Shown: one piece after another, positions 8,833 through 19,590 of the stretch | How the letters are laid out: every line of letters starts with the position of its first letter | How positions within the stretch are numbered: the first letter of the stretch is position 1 | NCBI GenBank assembly: GCA_903903985.1 | Contig: CAIVAT010000153.1 | Location: 57,352 to 121,351, forward strand | DNA length: 64,000 nt | DNA from: an uncultured Bacteroidales bacterium | Lineage (GTDB): Bacteria > Bacteroidota > Bacteroidia > Bacteroidales > FEN-979 | Direction of reading: 5' to 3' | Made by a program: the position numbers and the translations under genes | Notes under the pieces: model-generated | Database searches by the model: none | The model's input: only the letters and a program-made list of their open reading frames with translations | Told to the model about the DNA's origin: nothing

Positions 8833-9954
8833 ATGACTTCCCAGAAAACAGCCCTCATCACCGGTATCACTGGTCAGGATGGCGCCTATTTAGCGGAGTT
8901 CCTTCTAAAGAAAGGATACCTCGTTCATGGTCTGAAAAGACGGTCCTCGTTGTTTAATACCGACAGGATTGATCATTTGTACCAGGATCCGCACACCCAG
9001 AACCAGCACCTGTTTTTGCATTATGGAGATCTCACCGATTCCCTCAATATTACAAGGATAATCCAGGAAACCCAACCCGACGAAATTTACAACCTGGCTG
9101 CCATGAGTCATGTGATGGTCAGTTTCGACACACCTGAATACACTGCCAATGCAGATGGAACAGGTACCCTGAGAATTCTGGAAGCCATCAGGCTGTTGGG
9201 GCTAACCGATAAAACCCGGATTTACCAGGCTTCCACATCTGAATTGTATGGCAAAGCGCAGGAAATCCCGCAAACGGAGAAAACCCCTTTCTATCCGCGA
9301 AGCCCGTATGGCGTTGCCAAACTTTATGCTTACTGGATCACCGTAAACTACCGCGAAGCATATCATCTCTTTGCATGCAATGGAATTCTCTTCAACCATG
9401 AATCACCCATCAGGGGCGAAACATTTGTAACAAGAAAGATAACAAGAGCTGCGGCCAGGATCGCCCTGGGGCTGCAGGATAAACTTTTCATCGGAAATTT
9501 ATCCTCTCAGCGTGACTGGGGCCATGCAAAAGATTATATCAAAGCCATGTGGTTGATTTTGCAGCACGATAAACCCGATGATTATGTGATTGCTACCGGA
9601 GTTACTACAACGGTAAGGGAATTCATTCGGAAATCATTCCAGGAACTCGGGCTTATCCTTGAATTTACCGGAGTTGGTGCCGATGAAAAAGGGACAATCT
9701 GCGAAAGTGAAAAAAATGAATTTAAAAATCTGATCGGGCGTGAGGTCGTCTCCATTGATCCAAGGTATTTCAGGCCCACCGAAGTCGATCTTTTGGTTGG
9801 GGATGCAACCAAAGCGAGAACCGTTTTAAACTGGGTTCCGCAATATGACCTGGATGCGTTGATCAAAGAGATGATGAAATCAGATTTCAGGTTGATGCAG
9901 AAGGAAAAGTTCCTGAAGGAAAATGGATTCAATACACTCAATTATTTCGAGTAA
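8833..9954 (+). CDS. gmd: GDP-mannose 4,6-dehydratase
   Basis: [29 protein letters not shown] (YxxxK) and [19 protein letters not shown] are hallmark Gmd stretches. Confidence 0.95.
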   Translation: MTSQKTALITGITGQDGAYLAEFLLKKGYLVHGLKRRSSLFNTDRIDHLYQDPHTQNQHLFLHYGDLTDSLNITRIIQETQPDEIYNLAAMSHVMVSFDTPEYTANADGTGTLRILEAIRLLGLTDKTRIYQASTSELYGKAQEIPQTEKTPFYPRSPYGVAKLYAYWITVNYREAYHLFACNGILFNHESPIRGETFVTRKITRAAARIALGLQDKLFIGNLSSQRDWGHAKDYIKAMWLILQHDKPDDYVIATGVTTTVREFIRKSFQELGLILEFTGVGADEKGTICESEKNEFKNLIGREVVSIDPRYFRPTEVDLLVGDATKARTVLNWVPQYDLDALIKEMMKSDFRLMQKEKFLKENGFNTLNYFE

Positions 9955-11108
9955 TGGATAAAAAAACAAAATTTTATGTTGCCGGCCACACCGGGATGGT
10001 CGGATCAGCCATCACCCGCAGACTGCGCCAAAAAGGTTATACAAACATCATCGGCCGCACGATGGAGGAACTTGATCTTACCAATCAACAGGATGTATCA
10101 GCCTTTTTTGAAACTGAGAAACCGGAGGTTGTTGTCCTTGCAGCAGCCAAAGTAGGCGGCATCAAGGCAAACAATATTTACCGGGCACAGTTTATTTATG
10201 AAAACCTGATGATCGAGGCCAACATCATCCACCATGCCTATCTTCTTGGGGTAAAAAAACTGCTCTTTCTCGGTAGTTCCTGCATTTACCCTAAGAATGC
10301 CCCTCAACCCCTGAAAGAGGAATACCTCCTCACCGGGGAACTCGAGCAGACCAACGAACCGTATGCAATTGCCAAGATTGCCGGCATCAAGTTGTGCGAA
10401 AGTTACCACCGCCAGTATGGCTGCAATTTCATCTCGGTGATGCCGACCAACCTTTATGGCCCCAACGACAATTACAACCTCGAAACCTCCCATGTACTGC
10501 CAGCAATTATCCGGAAGATGCACCTGGCGCACTGTCTCGAAAGAGCCGATTGGCAAGCCATCCGTTCCGACCTGGCCAAACGCCCCATCGAAGGAATAAA
10601 CGGGAACGCTTCCGAACAGGAAATCATTTCAATTCTCAATAAATACGGCATCCACCTTGATCCTTTTATCACCCGTCACGCGTCACCTGTCACGTCCAAC
10701 GTCGCACATCCCTCGTCTCATGTCACCCTGACCCTCTGGGGAACCGGCCAGGTTTACCGGGAATTCCTGCATGTCGACGACATGGCAGCTGCCTGCTTGA
10801 AAATCATCGAAGAAATCAACACCGAAGATCTTGTTACGCATAACACGTCACCCGTCACTGCTTTTCTCAACATCGGCACAGGCGAAGATCAGACCATCGC
10901 CGAAATTGCCGCCATGGTCAAGTCGGTCGTTGGTTTTACCGGCGAGATCCTGTGGGATCATACCAACCCTGACGGGACTTTGAAAAAATTGCTGGAGGTT
11001 TCGCGTCTTTTCAGCCTGGGATGGAAGCCGTCCTATTCATTACCTGAAGGAATTGCCTCGGTGTATAGTGAATATGGTCTTCCCAACAAGAAATTGGATA
11101 ATTTTTAA
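9954..11108 (+). CDS. fcl: GDP-L-fucose synthase with two extra in-frame low-complexity inserts
   Basis: YVAGHTGMVGSAI, GSSCIYPK, YAIAKIAG, PTNLYGPNDNY and LHVDDMA motifs. Start overlaps the gmd stop. Inserts at about 10660..10728 and 10834..10860. Confidence 0.9.
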   Translation: MDKKTKFYVAGHTGMVGSAITRRLRQKGYTNIIGRTMEELDLTNQQDVSAFFETEKPEVVVLAAAKVGGIKANNIYRAQFIYENLMIEANIIHHAYLLGVKKLLFLGSSCIYPKNAPQPLKEEYLLTGELEQTNEPYAIAKIAGIKLCESYHRQYGCNFISVMPTNLYGPNDNYNLETSHVLPAIIRKMHLAHCLERADWQAIRSDLAKRPIEGINGNASEQEIISILNKYGIHLDPFITRHASPVTSNVAHPSSHVTLTLWGTGQVYREFLHVDDMAAACLKIIEEINTEDLVTHNTSPVTAFLNIGTGEDQTIAEIAAMVKSVVGFTGEILWDHTNPDGTLKKLLEVSRLFSLGWKPSYSLPEGIASVYSEYGLPNKKLDNF

Positions 11109-11112
11109 ATTA

Positions 11113-12204
11113 ATGAAAACAATCATTTTTGCCTGCTCAGTCAAAAAGGACTTATTCCGTATCATCCCAATTATAAAAAAACTCAGGAAGGAAAACAACC
11201 GGATTCCTTACAGAATATGCTATTGCGGGCCACAAATTAATTACAACCGCTTTCGGCCCCTATACGAACAATTAGAGGTGCCTGAGCCGGATTTCTGCTA
11301 TAAAGTCAGGGGCAGGAATTATAACGATCAGGTTGCAAGCCTCTCCGTATCATTTGAAGAAACCGTCGGGAAAACAGATCCGGCACTGATAATCATCCCG
11401 TCTTACTATTATCTCGGTATTGCCTATGCAACTGTGGGCGATCGATATGACATACCCATCTGCCTGTTGGATGGCGGTTTGCGAAATTCCGAAGAATTAC
11501 AGCCACTCAGTAACTATAGGGGTGTTATAGATTCACTTGCTTCAATTCTTTTTATCACTGAAGAAAATAGTCTCGTCAACCTGAAAAACGAACATATCAG
11601 CTGCCCCAATACGTTTATGACAAAAAATGTCATGTACGACTTTTTTAATGAGATCGAACCATTTTTAGATATGCAGACCATGGAGCCTTTTATTACAAAA
11701 GACAACTATGTTTTAGCCTATTTATATACCAACGAGAAATCATTTGATGATCAAAGAAATAAAACCATTATCGAGGTTGTTAAACATATTTCTCAGACCC
11801 ATCAAATTATCTTTACTGCCCATTCTGCCGAATCCGGAAGCTGGGTTGAAAAATTGGTAGATCAACATGGGATTAAGGATGTAAAAATCACCGGGCGTAT
11901 TGAATACCCTGCTTATCTTGCAATGTTGAAAAACGCATCTTTCATTTTAACCGACAGTTGCAACATCCAGGAGGAAGCTTCATTTTTTAATGTGCCATGT
12001 ATATCCCTTCAGAAATCTTCGGAACGAAAATTCACAGAAGAATACGGTACAAATGTTCCTGTTGATTTTGACCTTGAAAAAATCATATCTGTGATAGACA
12101 ATCTTTTTACAGGTAAAAAGAAGGGTCCGTTGTTACGCTCAGCTTTTAACCCGGGTGATGCCAGTTCAATCATCGCGGAACACCTGATGAAAATTCAAAT
12201 TTAA
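11113..12204 (+). CDS. divergent UDP-N-acetylglucosamine 2-epimerase (WecB) family paralog
   Basis: ILTDSCNIQEEASFFNVPCISLQKSSER aligns by eye with the WecB stretch [27 protein letters not shown] of the gene at 22711. The N-terminal GTRPE and HVEAGLR motifs are not conserved (LLDGGLRN). Start trimmed to MKTIIFA (11113). Confidence 0.5.
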   Translation: MKTIIFACSVKKDLFRIIPIIKKLRKENNRIPYRICYCGPQINYNRFRPLYEQLEVPEPDFCYKVRGRNYNDQVASLSVSFEETVGKTDPALIIIPSYYYLGIAYATVGDRYDIPICLLDGGLRNSEELQPLSNYRGVIDSLASILFITEENSLVNLKNEHISCPNTFMTKNVMYDFFNEIEPFLDMQTMEPFITKDNYVLAYLYTNEKSFDDQRNKTIIEVVKHISQTHQIIFTAHSAESGSWVEKLVDQHGIKDVKITGRIEYPAYLAMLKNASFILTDSCNIQEEASFFNVPCISLQKSSERKFTEEYGTNVPVDFDLEKIISVIDNLFTGKKKGPLLRSAFNPGDASSIIAEHLMKIQI

Positions 12205-13559
12205 TGCTACCCGGTCCCGGGAAAATGAGATTTTTTACCTCCGGTCATAAACGCAGCATTGAAGCAAGGAAGAACATCGCAGCTTCTTTTGTGATCAAGG
12301 GATTAAGCATAATAATCAGCCTGGCAATTGTTCCGCTGACGATGAATTATGTGAATCCCACACAATATGGAATTTGGCTCACTTTATCCTCCATTGTAGC
12401 ATGGTTCAGTTTTTTTGATATTGGTTTTGGAAATGGACTGCGGAACAGGTTTACCGAGGCCAAAGCCTCAGGGAACCTTGTGAATGCTCGCATTTATGTA
12501 AGCACGACCTATGCTGTTTTAACAATCATTTTTTCAGTTGTCTGGCTCGTGTTTCTTATCGTGAATATTTTTGTCGATTGGAGCAAAATATTAAATGCCC
12601 CGTCGGAAATGGTTGGTGAACTCACCAAATTGGCACTGATCGTTTTCAGTTTTTTCTGTTTACAAATAGTGCTGAAAACGATAAACACCATCCTGATTGC
12701 CGACCAGAAACCTGCAAAAGCGGCTTTTTTCGACACCTTAAGTCAGTTGCTGGCATTGATCATCATCTATATATTAACTAAAACCACACAGGGATCCCTG
12801 CTTTATCTTGGCTTGGCCCTCGGCTTTATCCCGGTACTGGTATTGCTGATTACTTCGGTCTGGTTTTACAGCAGATCATATAATTACATTGCACCTTCTT
12901 TAAAATATGTGAATTTTTCCTTTGCAAAAGGAATAATGAAGCTTGGATTAAAATTTTTCATCATACAAATTGCCGTTATCGTTATCTATCAAACAAGTAA
13001 TATCATAATTGCACAGGTTTGTCAGCCCAATGATGTCACCATCTATAATATTGCAATGAAATATTTCGGTATAGCCACCATGGTATTTACCATCATCATG
13101 ACTCCATTCTGGTCGGCCTTTACCGATGCTTTTTTTTCAAAGGATTACTCCTGGATGAAAAAATCAGTTTCATTGCTGCAGAAATTAGCGATAACCATAA
13201 TATTCATCGTATTTCTGATGCTTCTGGTTTCCCCTGCAGCCTATAAATTATGGATTGGAAATGTTGTCACGATTAGAATTACAGTATCCATCATGGTAGC
13301 ATTGTATGCGATAACCAATATCTGGAACACCCTTAACTCTTTGCTTCTAAACGGCATGGGGAAAATAAAACTTCAGCTTTACTTTTCGGTTGTCGGAACC
13401 GTTATAAATATTCCTTTGGCAATTTTTCTTGGGCGTAAATATGGCATTGAAGGAGTTGTATTATCCGCTTTTCTTTTAAACCTGATTTCAGCCATCTATG
13501 CCCCTGTTCAGGTAGCCAGGTTATTGAACCAAAAAGCATCAGGCATCTGGAATGAATAA
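12204..13559 (+). CDS. wzx: polysaccharide flippase (Wzx, MOP superfamily)
   Basis: 451 aa, about 12-14 hydrophobic spans, AT-rich, located within the glycan locus. An alternative start is at 12225. Confidence 0.7.
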   Translation: MLPGPGKMRFFTSGHKRSIEARKNIAASFVIKGLSIIISLAIVPLTMNYVNPTQYGIWLTLSSIVAWFSFFDIGFGNGLRNRFTEAKASGNLVNARIYVSTTYAVLTIIFSVVWLVFLIVNIFVDWSKILNAPSEMVGELTKLALIVFSFFCLQIVLKTINTILIADQKPAKAAFFDTLSQLLALIIIYILTKTTQGSLLYLGLALGFIPVLVLLITSVWFYSRSYNYIAPSLKYVNFSFAKGIMKLGLKFFIIQIAVIVIYQTSNIIIAQVCQPNDVTIYNIAMKYFGIATMVFTIIMTPFWSAFTDAFFSKDYSWMKKSVSLLQKLAITIIFIVFLMLLVSPAAYKLWIGNVVTIRITVSIMVALYAITNIWNTLNSLLLNGMGKIKLQLYFSVVGTVINIPLAIFLGRKYGIEGVVLSAFLLNLISAIYAPVQVARLLNQKASGIWNE

Positions 13560-14850
13560 ATTAAAAATTTTAAATCTTGCAACGGAAGACTGGGGCGGTT
13601 CAGCTATTGCTTCTCAATATCTCAACGATTTATTGATTAAAGCAGGGCACAATTCTGTACTTGTTGTAAAGCGCTCAAATTCGAAAAAGGAAAATGTTGT
13701 TGCGTTACAAGACTGGTCCTCAAAATACTCCGTGAAAGTTATTTTACAAAAGATCTCTTCCCGGATTTACAGCAAATATTTGCAAATCCGGGTGGGTCCC
13801 CTGGATTTAAAATACTGCTTCAGAAATGTTTTCGAACACAAACAGCACTTCACCGCCAAAGAAATTCTCAAACACTCCCCCTTTAATCCTGACATAATAA
13901 TTTTACATTGGATTTCCAATTTTATAAATTCAAAAATGATACATGAACTCCAGGAACTTACGAAAGCGAAACTATTCTGGATCATGATGGACAATGCACC
14001 TATTTCAGGGGGATGCCACTACCCATGGGATTGTAATGGATTTGAGTTTGACTGCTCGAATTGCCCTGCTATTCTTACGGTTACAAAAAAAAAACTGGCT
14101 CAGATAAATTTAGAACATAAAATCACAAACTTACCACCCGATCTGGCCTTGATAACCTGCTCTGAAAATGATTATACAAGGGCTTTAAGATCCTCCGCCT
14201 TCAAAACAAAGCGAGTTTATGAACTACTGTTCCCACTTGATGAAAATAAATTCAAGCCGGGAAATAAAAAAGAGGCAAAATCATTCTGGGGAATTGACCC
14301 GGCGGTTAAAGTGATTTTTTTTGGATCAATTTCCCTGTCAGACCTTAGAAAAGGAGGTATCCTGTTCCTTGAAGCGCTTCATTATTTACAAAATAAAATC
14401 CAGGAAGACGGAACGGGTTTCGGCGATGTCGTCCTATTAATAGCAGGCAGAAAAGAGGAATATGTTATTCCGGAATTAAAAATTCCCGTCAGGAAAATCG
14501 GGTACCTTTCTGAATCGGACTTGATTAAAGCCTTCCAGGCTGCTGATGTATTTGTATCTCCTTCATTGGAAGATTCAGGCCCGTTGATGATCAACCAATC
14601 TGTTATGTGCGGTACGCCCGTTGTTTCATTTGAGACCGGAGTTGCATTGGACCTTGTAATTACCGGTCAGACAGGCTACCGCTCAACACTTGTCAACGCC
14701 GAACAATTGGCAACGGGAATAAAATTTATTTTAGATTTAGGAGAGAAAGAACACCTGATAATGAGTGAGAATTGCAGAAACCTGGGTCTCCGATTATGCC
14801 ATTCGCAAAAACAAATCGAAAAATTGCTTAACATCCTTCATTCAAATTAA
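13552..14850 (+). CDS. GT-B fold glycosyltransferase (family 4-like)
   Basis: C-terminal EDSGPLMINQSVMCGTPVV..ETG donor-binding pattern (EX7E-like). Confidence 0.7.
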   Translation: MNKLKILNLATEDWGGSAIASQYLNDLLIKAGHNSVLVVKRSNSKKENVVALQDWSSKYSVKVILQKISSRIYSKYLQIRVGPLDLKYCFRNVFEHKQHFTAKEILKHSPFNPDIIILHWISNFINSKMIHELQELTKAKLFWIMMDNAPISGGCHYPWDCNGFEFDCSNCPAILTVTKKKLAQINLEHKITNLPPDLALITCSENDYTRALRSSAFKTKRVYELLFPLDENKFKPGNKKEAKSFWGIDPAVKVIFFGSISLSDLRKGGILFLEALHYLQNKIQEDGTGFGDVVLLIAGRKEEYVIPELKIPVRKIGYLSESDLIKAFQAADVFVSPSLEDSGPLMINQSVMCGTPVVSFETGVALDLVITGQTGYRSTLVNAEQLATGIKFILDLGEKEHLIMSENCRNLGLRLCHSQKQIEKLLNILHSN

Positions 14851-14860
14851 TTAAGTCTTA

Positions 14861-15589
14861 ATGATCATTGAAAAACTTAATTGGGACAGCGAATTTTTTG
14901 GATTAAAAATTGGCAAAGTCACCATCATCAGGGAAAGTGAATTTGACTGGCGTGCATTTAAAGAGGAAGCATGTAATGAAAAATTTGAGCTGATCTACGT
15001 TTTTAAGCTTCGGAAAATGCTTTCATGGAAAACGGTTCAAGAAACACAGCTTGACCTTGTTGATATTCAACTCACCATGGAACGAAAATTCAACAAGGAT
15101 GATGTTCAAATAATTTCCTATGATTTCAGGACCCACCTTACCTCCGATGAAAAACAAGACTGTTACGGGATCGCCGAAGAAACAGCCGTTGTTTCAAGGT
15201 TTTACCAGGAGGATAAAATCGGGCCGGTAAAAACAAAGCAATTATATAGAAAATGGATCGACAATGCACTGAATAAGTCCTTTTCAGACGGCCTGTTTGT
15301 TAATAAAGAAGCCAATTCAGTCAACGGAATTCATTTGATAAAAACAGACCGGCTCAATAAAATCGGTTATTTTACCTTGACCGGTGTGGATCCTAATTAT
15401 AAAAGAATGGGAATTGGTGATAAATTATGGATGCAGTCGTTTGCATATTGGGCAAATGAAAGTGAAATAGAATCGGTTAAAAGTCCCTTTTCATTTCAAA
15501 ATTCAGAATCCTTTCATTTTCACATTAAAAATGGCTTTAAAAGGATAGTAGAAACAAAATTCATTTATCATTTACGAAATACTGTTTAG
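14861..15589 (+). CDS. wecD: GNAT acetyltransferase, WecD-like (dTDP-4-amino-4,6-dideoxygalactose N-acetyltransferase)
   Basis: N-terminus LNWDSEFFGLKIGKV resembles WecD/RffC. A GNAT core (RMGIGDKLW) is present. Lies immediately upstream of the WecE-like aminotransferase. Confidence 0.55.
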   Translation: MIIEKLNWDSEFFGLKIGKVTIIRESEFDWRAFKEEACNEKFELIYVFKLRKMLSWKTVQETQLDLVDIQLTMERKFNKDDVQIISYDFRTHLTSDEKQDCYGIAEETAVVSRFYQEDKIGPVKTKQLYRKWIDNALNKSFSDGLFVNKEANSVNGIHLIKTDRLNKIGYFTLTGVDPNYKRMGIGDKLWMQSFAYWANESEIESVKSPFSFQNSESFHFHIKNGFKRIVETKFIYHLRNTV

Positions 15590-15592
15590 CGG

Positions 15593-16717
15593 ATGATCCC
15601 CTTTAATAAACCATATCTGACAGGGAAGGAGATGGATTACATGCACCAGGCCGTGTCGTCGGGGAAAATTTCAGGGAACGGCACCTTTACGCAAAAATGC
15701 CAGAAATTCTTTGAAGAACGATATGGCTTTAAAAAAGCACTTCTGACAACCTCCTGCACCGACGCTCTTGAAATGTGCGCAATGCTGGCCAACATCAAAC
15801 AGGACGATGAAGTGATTGTGCCTTCATACACCTTTGTCTCCTCTGCCCTGGCCTTTGTAAGGCAGGGAGCCAAAATTGTTTTTGCCGAAAGCCGCATCGA
15901 TCATCCTGGGGTTGATGAAGATAAGTTAGAAGCATTGATAACACCAAAAACCAAAGCGATTGTTCCTGTTCATTATGCCGGTGTTGCATGCGACATGGAT
16001 AAAATAATGCACCTGGCCGAAAAATATAATCTGTTGGTTATTGAGGATGCCGCCCAGGCGATTGACTCCTGTTATAAGGGCCGGTCATTGGGCAGTATTG
16101 GCCATCTGGCGGCTTTCTCTTTTCATGAAACCAAAAATATCAATTCAGGCGAAGGAGGATTGCTTGCCATAAACGACCAGCGTTTCGTGACCAGGGCAGA
16201 GATAATCTGGGAAAAAGGCACCAACAGGGCTGAATTTTTCAGAGGTGAAGTTGACAAATATGGCTGGGTCGATGTCGGCTCCTCCTTTCTGCCTTCTGAA
16301 CTCACTGCAGCCTATCTTTGGGCTCAGCTGGAAAACCTGGATGACATTCAAAAAAAACGAATTGAAATATGGGAGCAATATTTTCTCGGACTAAGTGATT
16401 GGGCACAAAAGAAAGGGATCAGGCTACCAAAAATACCTGATTATGCGCAAAATAATGGCCACATGTTTTACCTGGTCTGTGAATCTGCACTGCAACGGGA
16501 TCATCTTATCACTCATTTAAAGAACAATGGCGTTTATGCAGTGTTTCACTATTTAAGTTTGCATAAAAGTAAGTTCTACCGTTCCAGGTATCATGGTGAT
16601 GATTTACCACATGCTGATGAATATACGGATTGCCTGCTTCGATTACCCGTGTTCTATGAACTTACTCCCGAAGAAATCGGTTTTATAATGAATACGGCGA
16701 AGAATTTTCCCGAATAA
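15593..16717 (+). CDS. wecE: DegT/DnrJ/EryC1 aminotransferase, WecE-like (dTDP-4-amino-4,6-dideoxygalactose transaminase)
   Basis: IPFNKPYLTGKE, TTSCTDALEM and SFHETKNINSGEGG (PLP lysine). Confidence 0.8.
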   Translation: MIPFNKPYLTGKEMDYMHQAVSSGKISGNGTFTQKCQKFFEERYGFKKALLTTSCTDALEMCAMLANIKQDDEVIVPSYTFVSSALAFVRQGAKIVFAESRIDHPGVDEDKLEALITPKTKAIVPVHYAGVACDMDKIMHLAEKYNLLVIEDAAQAIDSCYKGRSLGSIGHLAAFSFHETKNINSGEGGLLAINDQRFVTRAEIIWEKGTNRAEFFRGEVDKYGWVDVGSSFLPSELTAAYLWAQLENLDDIQKKRIEIWEQYFLGLSDWAQKKGIRLPKIPDYAQNNGHMFYLVCESALQRDHLITHLKNNGVYAVFHYLSLHKSKFYRSRYHGDDLPHADEYTDCLLRLPVFYELTPEEIGFIMNTAKNFPE

Positions 16718-16741
16718 ATCCTCCTGCTTTATCTTCAGGAT

Positions 16742-17569
16742 ATGAAAGAAAAACTGAATTATCTTAATGTTGGTTGTGGATCGAAATATCATCGTGATTG
16801 GGTCAATGTTGATATAGAATCAAATAGTCCGGCGGTAACATCAGGCAACCTGTTGAAAGGAATCCCTTTCCCGGATGAAACATTTGAAGTCCTGTACCAT
16901 TCGCAGGTATTAGAGCATTTTCCAAAGGAAAAAGCGTTTTCTTTCATGAAAGAATGTTACCGGGTATTAAAGACCAATGGCATTATCAGGGTTGCGGTTC
17001 CGGATTTAGAAAACATCGTGGATGAGTATAAAAAATATTTAATTGAAAATTCAGAAAGTCCGAATAAGCAGGCAGAAGAGAAATATGATTGGATCATGCT
17101 TGAGATGTTCGACCAGACCGTTCGCAACCAGGGTGGTGGAGACATGGCAAAATTCCTGAAACAAGATACTCTTCTGGATGAACAATATCTGTTCAATCGG
17201 ATTGGCTTTGTTGGGCGTTCCACCCGAAACGAAAAATCATCAGCAACCCATGTCGTATCGAATCGGATTGACATCAACAGGATTAAATGGATCATCAGGA
17301 AAACCCCGCGTTTCATAAAACGAAAACTTGCTAACCTGCTGTTAGGCGGGAAATTTAAACTGGGAGATTTCAGGCTGGGCGGGGAAATTCATATGTGGAT
17401 GTATGACAGATTTTCATTAGCAAGATTATTGAACCAGGTTGGATTTAAGGACATCAGGCAAACCAATGCCTATGAAAGTGTAATTCCAGATTGGAATTTG
17501 TATGAATTGGATGTAAAAGACGGATTGGCTTATGATCCAACAGCGCTATTCATGGAAGCAAGAAAATAA
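16742..17569 (+). CDS. class I SAM-dependent methyltransferase
   Basis: Motif I LNVGCGSKYHRDWVNVD and post-I/II stretches (VLYHSQVLEHF, LKTNGIIRVAVPD). Confidence 0.7.
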   Translation: MKEKLNYLNVGCGSKYHRDWVNVDIESNSPAVTSGNLLKGIPFPDETFEVLYHSQVLEHFPKEKAFSFMKECYRVLKTNGIIRVAVPDLENIVDEYKKYLIENSESPNKQAEEKYDWIMLEMFDQTVRNQGGGDMAKFLKQDTLLDEQYLFNRIGFVGRSTRNEKSSATHVVSNRIDINRIKWIIRKTPRFIKRKLANLLLGGKFKLGDFRLGGEIHMWMYDRFSLARLLNQVGFKDIRQTNAYESVIPDWNLYELDVKDGLAYDPTALFMEARK

Positions 17570-17603
17570 CCCTGCATGTTTCTAGTTAAATCCGTTTATT
17601 AAT

Positions 17604-18359
17604 ATGTTTTCAATCATCATACCAACCTTCAATGCGGGGGATTTCATTGCCTCAACACTTCAATCTGTTACAGACCAATCGTGGCAGAATTATGAAATTA
17701 TTGTTATCGATAATTGCTCCTCTGATAATACGATTGACACCATTAATACCTTCAATGGTTCAGGCAGGTTTCCTATACAAATATTCTCATCTTCGGATAA
17801 AGGCATTTACGATGCTCAAAATAAGGGAACAGCCATTGCAAAAAATCCATGGATCATAATTCTTGGTGCCGGTGACCGGCTGCATAATTCTGAAGTTTTT
17901 ACCATGCTGGCAGCTAAACTCGATCCTCATGCAGACATCTTTTATGGGAACATTTTAAAGTTTTCTGAAAGGGGTCCTGATTTTAATTCTATTCAATGTC
18001 CGCCAAAAAGAATCTCAAAAAGAACTTTACTGCGGTCCAGGGGAATATGCCAGCAATCATTGATCGTAAACAAGAGGGTTTTCCGGCAAACCCGGTTTTC
18101 TGAATCATACAAAATTGCAGGTGATTTTGATTGGATTTTAACCTGTGTTGAAAACAAAGTTCAATTTAAATATATAAATGAAACCATTTCCGATTACAGC
18201 ATTGATGGCATTAGCGGAGCAAACGTCGGCCGGTTGCATTCCGAACTTAAATCTGTCATAAAAAACCATTATCCATTGCTGACAAGCATGTTTTATTCCT
18301 TTTATCTCGACCTTAGTTGCCTGAAGCACAAAATTATTAAATCATTAAACCATGAATAA
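17604..18359 (+). CDS. family 2 glycosyltransferase
   Basis: FSIIIPTFNAGDFI..VIDNCSSDNT and GAGD motifs of the GT-A fold. Confidence 0.8.
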   Translation: MFSIIIPTFNAGDFIASTLQSVTDQSWQNYEIIVIDNCSSDNTIDTINTFNGSGRFPIQIFSSSDKGIYDAQNKGTAIAKNPWIIILGAGDRLHNSEVFTMLAAKLDPHADIFYGNILKFSERGPDFNSIQCPPKRISKRTLLRSRGICQQSLIVNKRVFRQTRFSESYKIAGDFDWILTCVENKVQFKYINETISDYSIDGISGANVGRLHSELKSVIKNHYPLLTSMFYSFYLDLSCLKHKIIKSLNHE

Positions 18360-19590
18360 AAATGCGGTAAACAGTCTCGCATTTATTATTGTCCTGTGGA
18401 TGGTATTGAGTTCAGGAGCTGAGATCATCGGTTATAATGAAACGATGCATGTGATTGTATTGTTTGTGCTTTACCTTATTTTTTTCATGCAGAAGGGGAT
18501 CAATACTAAAATTCAAACCCGGTCGCTTGTTTCAATCGGATTATTGAGCATCCTTATTTTAATAAATATCAGCATGGATATTGACCACTTTTCCATGAGC
18601 TTGCTCAATTTCGACCTGGGTTTTCTTGCAAAGCTATGGATTTCGATGCTGATTGCCAGCTCTATGGACTATAAGATCTATTCCCGTCATTTTATCAATA
18701 TAATTTTTGCTTTATCCCTTATCTCCATCATTTTCTACGCGTCATTTTTAATAAATCCAGGTTTGATCACGAGTCTGCCTTCCTTGAATATCATCAAGTC
18801 AAATTACAATTTCATTGTTTATATTCACAACAAGGAGCAGTGGGGTATGGATCGCAACTGCTCGATCTTCTGGGAACCAGGGGCCTTCCAGGGATTTATA
18901 ACACTTGCATTGGTTATGCTTTTCTTCTCAAAGGATCAGTTTTTCAGCAATAAAAAACAATTGTTATATATTCTTATTTTTACAATTGCGACCCTGACAA
19001 CTTTTTCAACAACGGGTTATATTGTCCTCTTTTTATTATTTGGTGCCTATACGATGAAGAACATCAAGTTGCTTCCATTGACAATAATCGCCGGAATTAT
19101 TTTCTATATGGCCTTTGACAGGGTAATCCTGAGCAATGTAATATTTCAAAAATTCAACCAGGAAGGCATATGGTCAACCTCAGGGGAGAGAAGGATTTCC
19201 GATGTTTTTGTGGAGATTGACATGGTAAAATCCAGTCCGGTTTTCGGGGTGGGATATCATGATTATTTTACAAAAAAAGGCATCACCCTTTCGATGAAAG
19301 GTGTCGTGGAAACATGGGAAGGCGGCACAAATTCTTTGACATACCTGTTAGCTCTTTTCGGGATACCATTTCTAACAATTTTACTCTGGGGCTTGGGAAA
19401 TTTTGTGCAATTTATTGAATCAAGAAAAGAGATTCAGGTCATACTTTTTATCATCCTTCTTATTCTTCTGATGGGTGAAGTATTTCTGGCCAAGGTTGCC
19501 TTCCAGGTAATCATTTTCTACGGGCTCAACAGGCGGGTTTTCTTGCGAACAAACAATTCTTTCAATGGTCATATTTCTGCGAGCAAATGA
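18352..19590 (+). CDS. wzy: O-antigen/capsule repeat-unit polymerase (Wzy-like)
   Basis: 412 aa, about 10-12 TM spans, very AT-rich, with a large loop carrying RN..IFWEPGAF. Located in the Wzx/Wzy locus. Confidence 0.6.
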   Translation: MNKNAVNSLAFIIVLWMVLSSGAEIIGYNETMHVIVLFVLYLIFFMQKGINTKIQTRSLVSIGLLSILILINISMDIDHFSMSLLNFDLGFLAKLWISMLIASSMDYKIYSRHFINIIFALSLISIIFYASFLINPGLITSLPSLNIIKSNYNFIVYIHNKEQWGMDRNCSIFWEPGAFQGFITLALVMLFFSKDQFFSNKKQLLYILIFTIATLTTFSTTGYIVLFLLFGAYTMKNIKLLPLTIIAGIIFYMAFDRVILSNVIFQKFNQEGIWSTSGERRISDVFVEIDMVKSSPVFGVGYHDYFTKKGITLSMKGVVETWEGGTNSLTYLLALFGIPFLTILLWGLGNFVQFIESRKEIQVILFIILLILLMGEVFLAKVAFQVIIFYGLNRRVFLRTNNSFNGHISASK

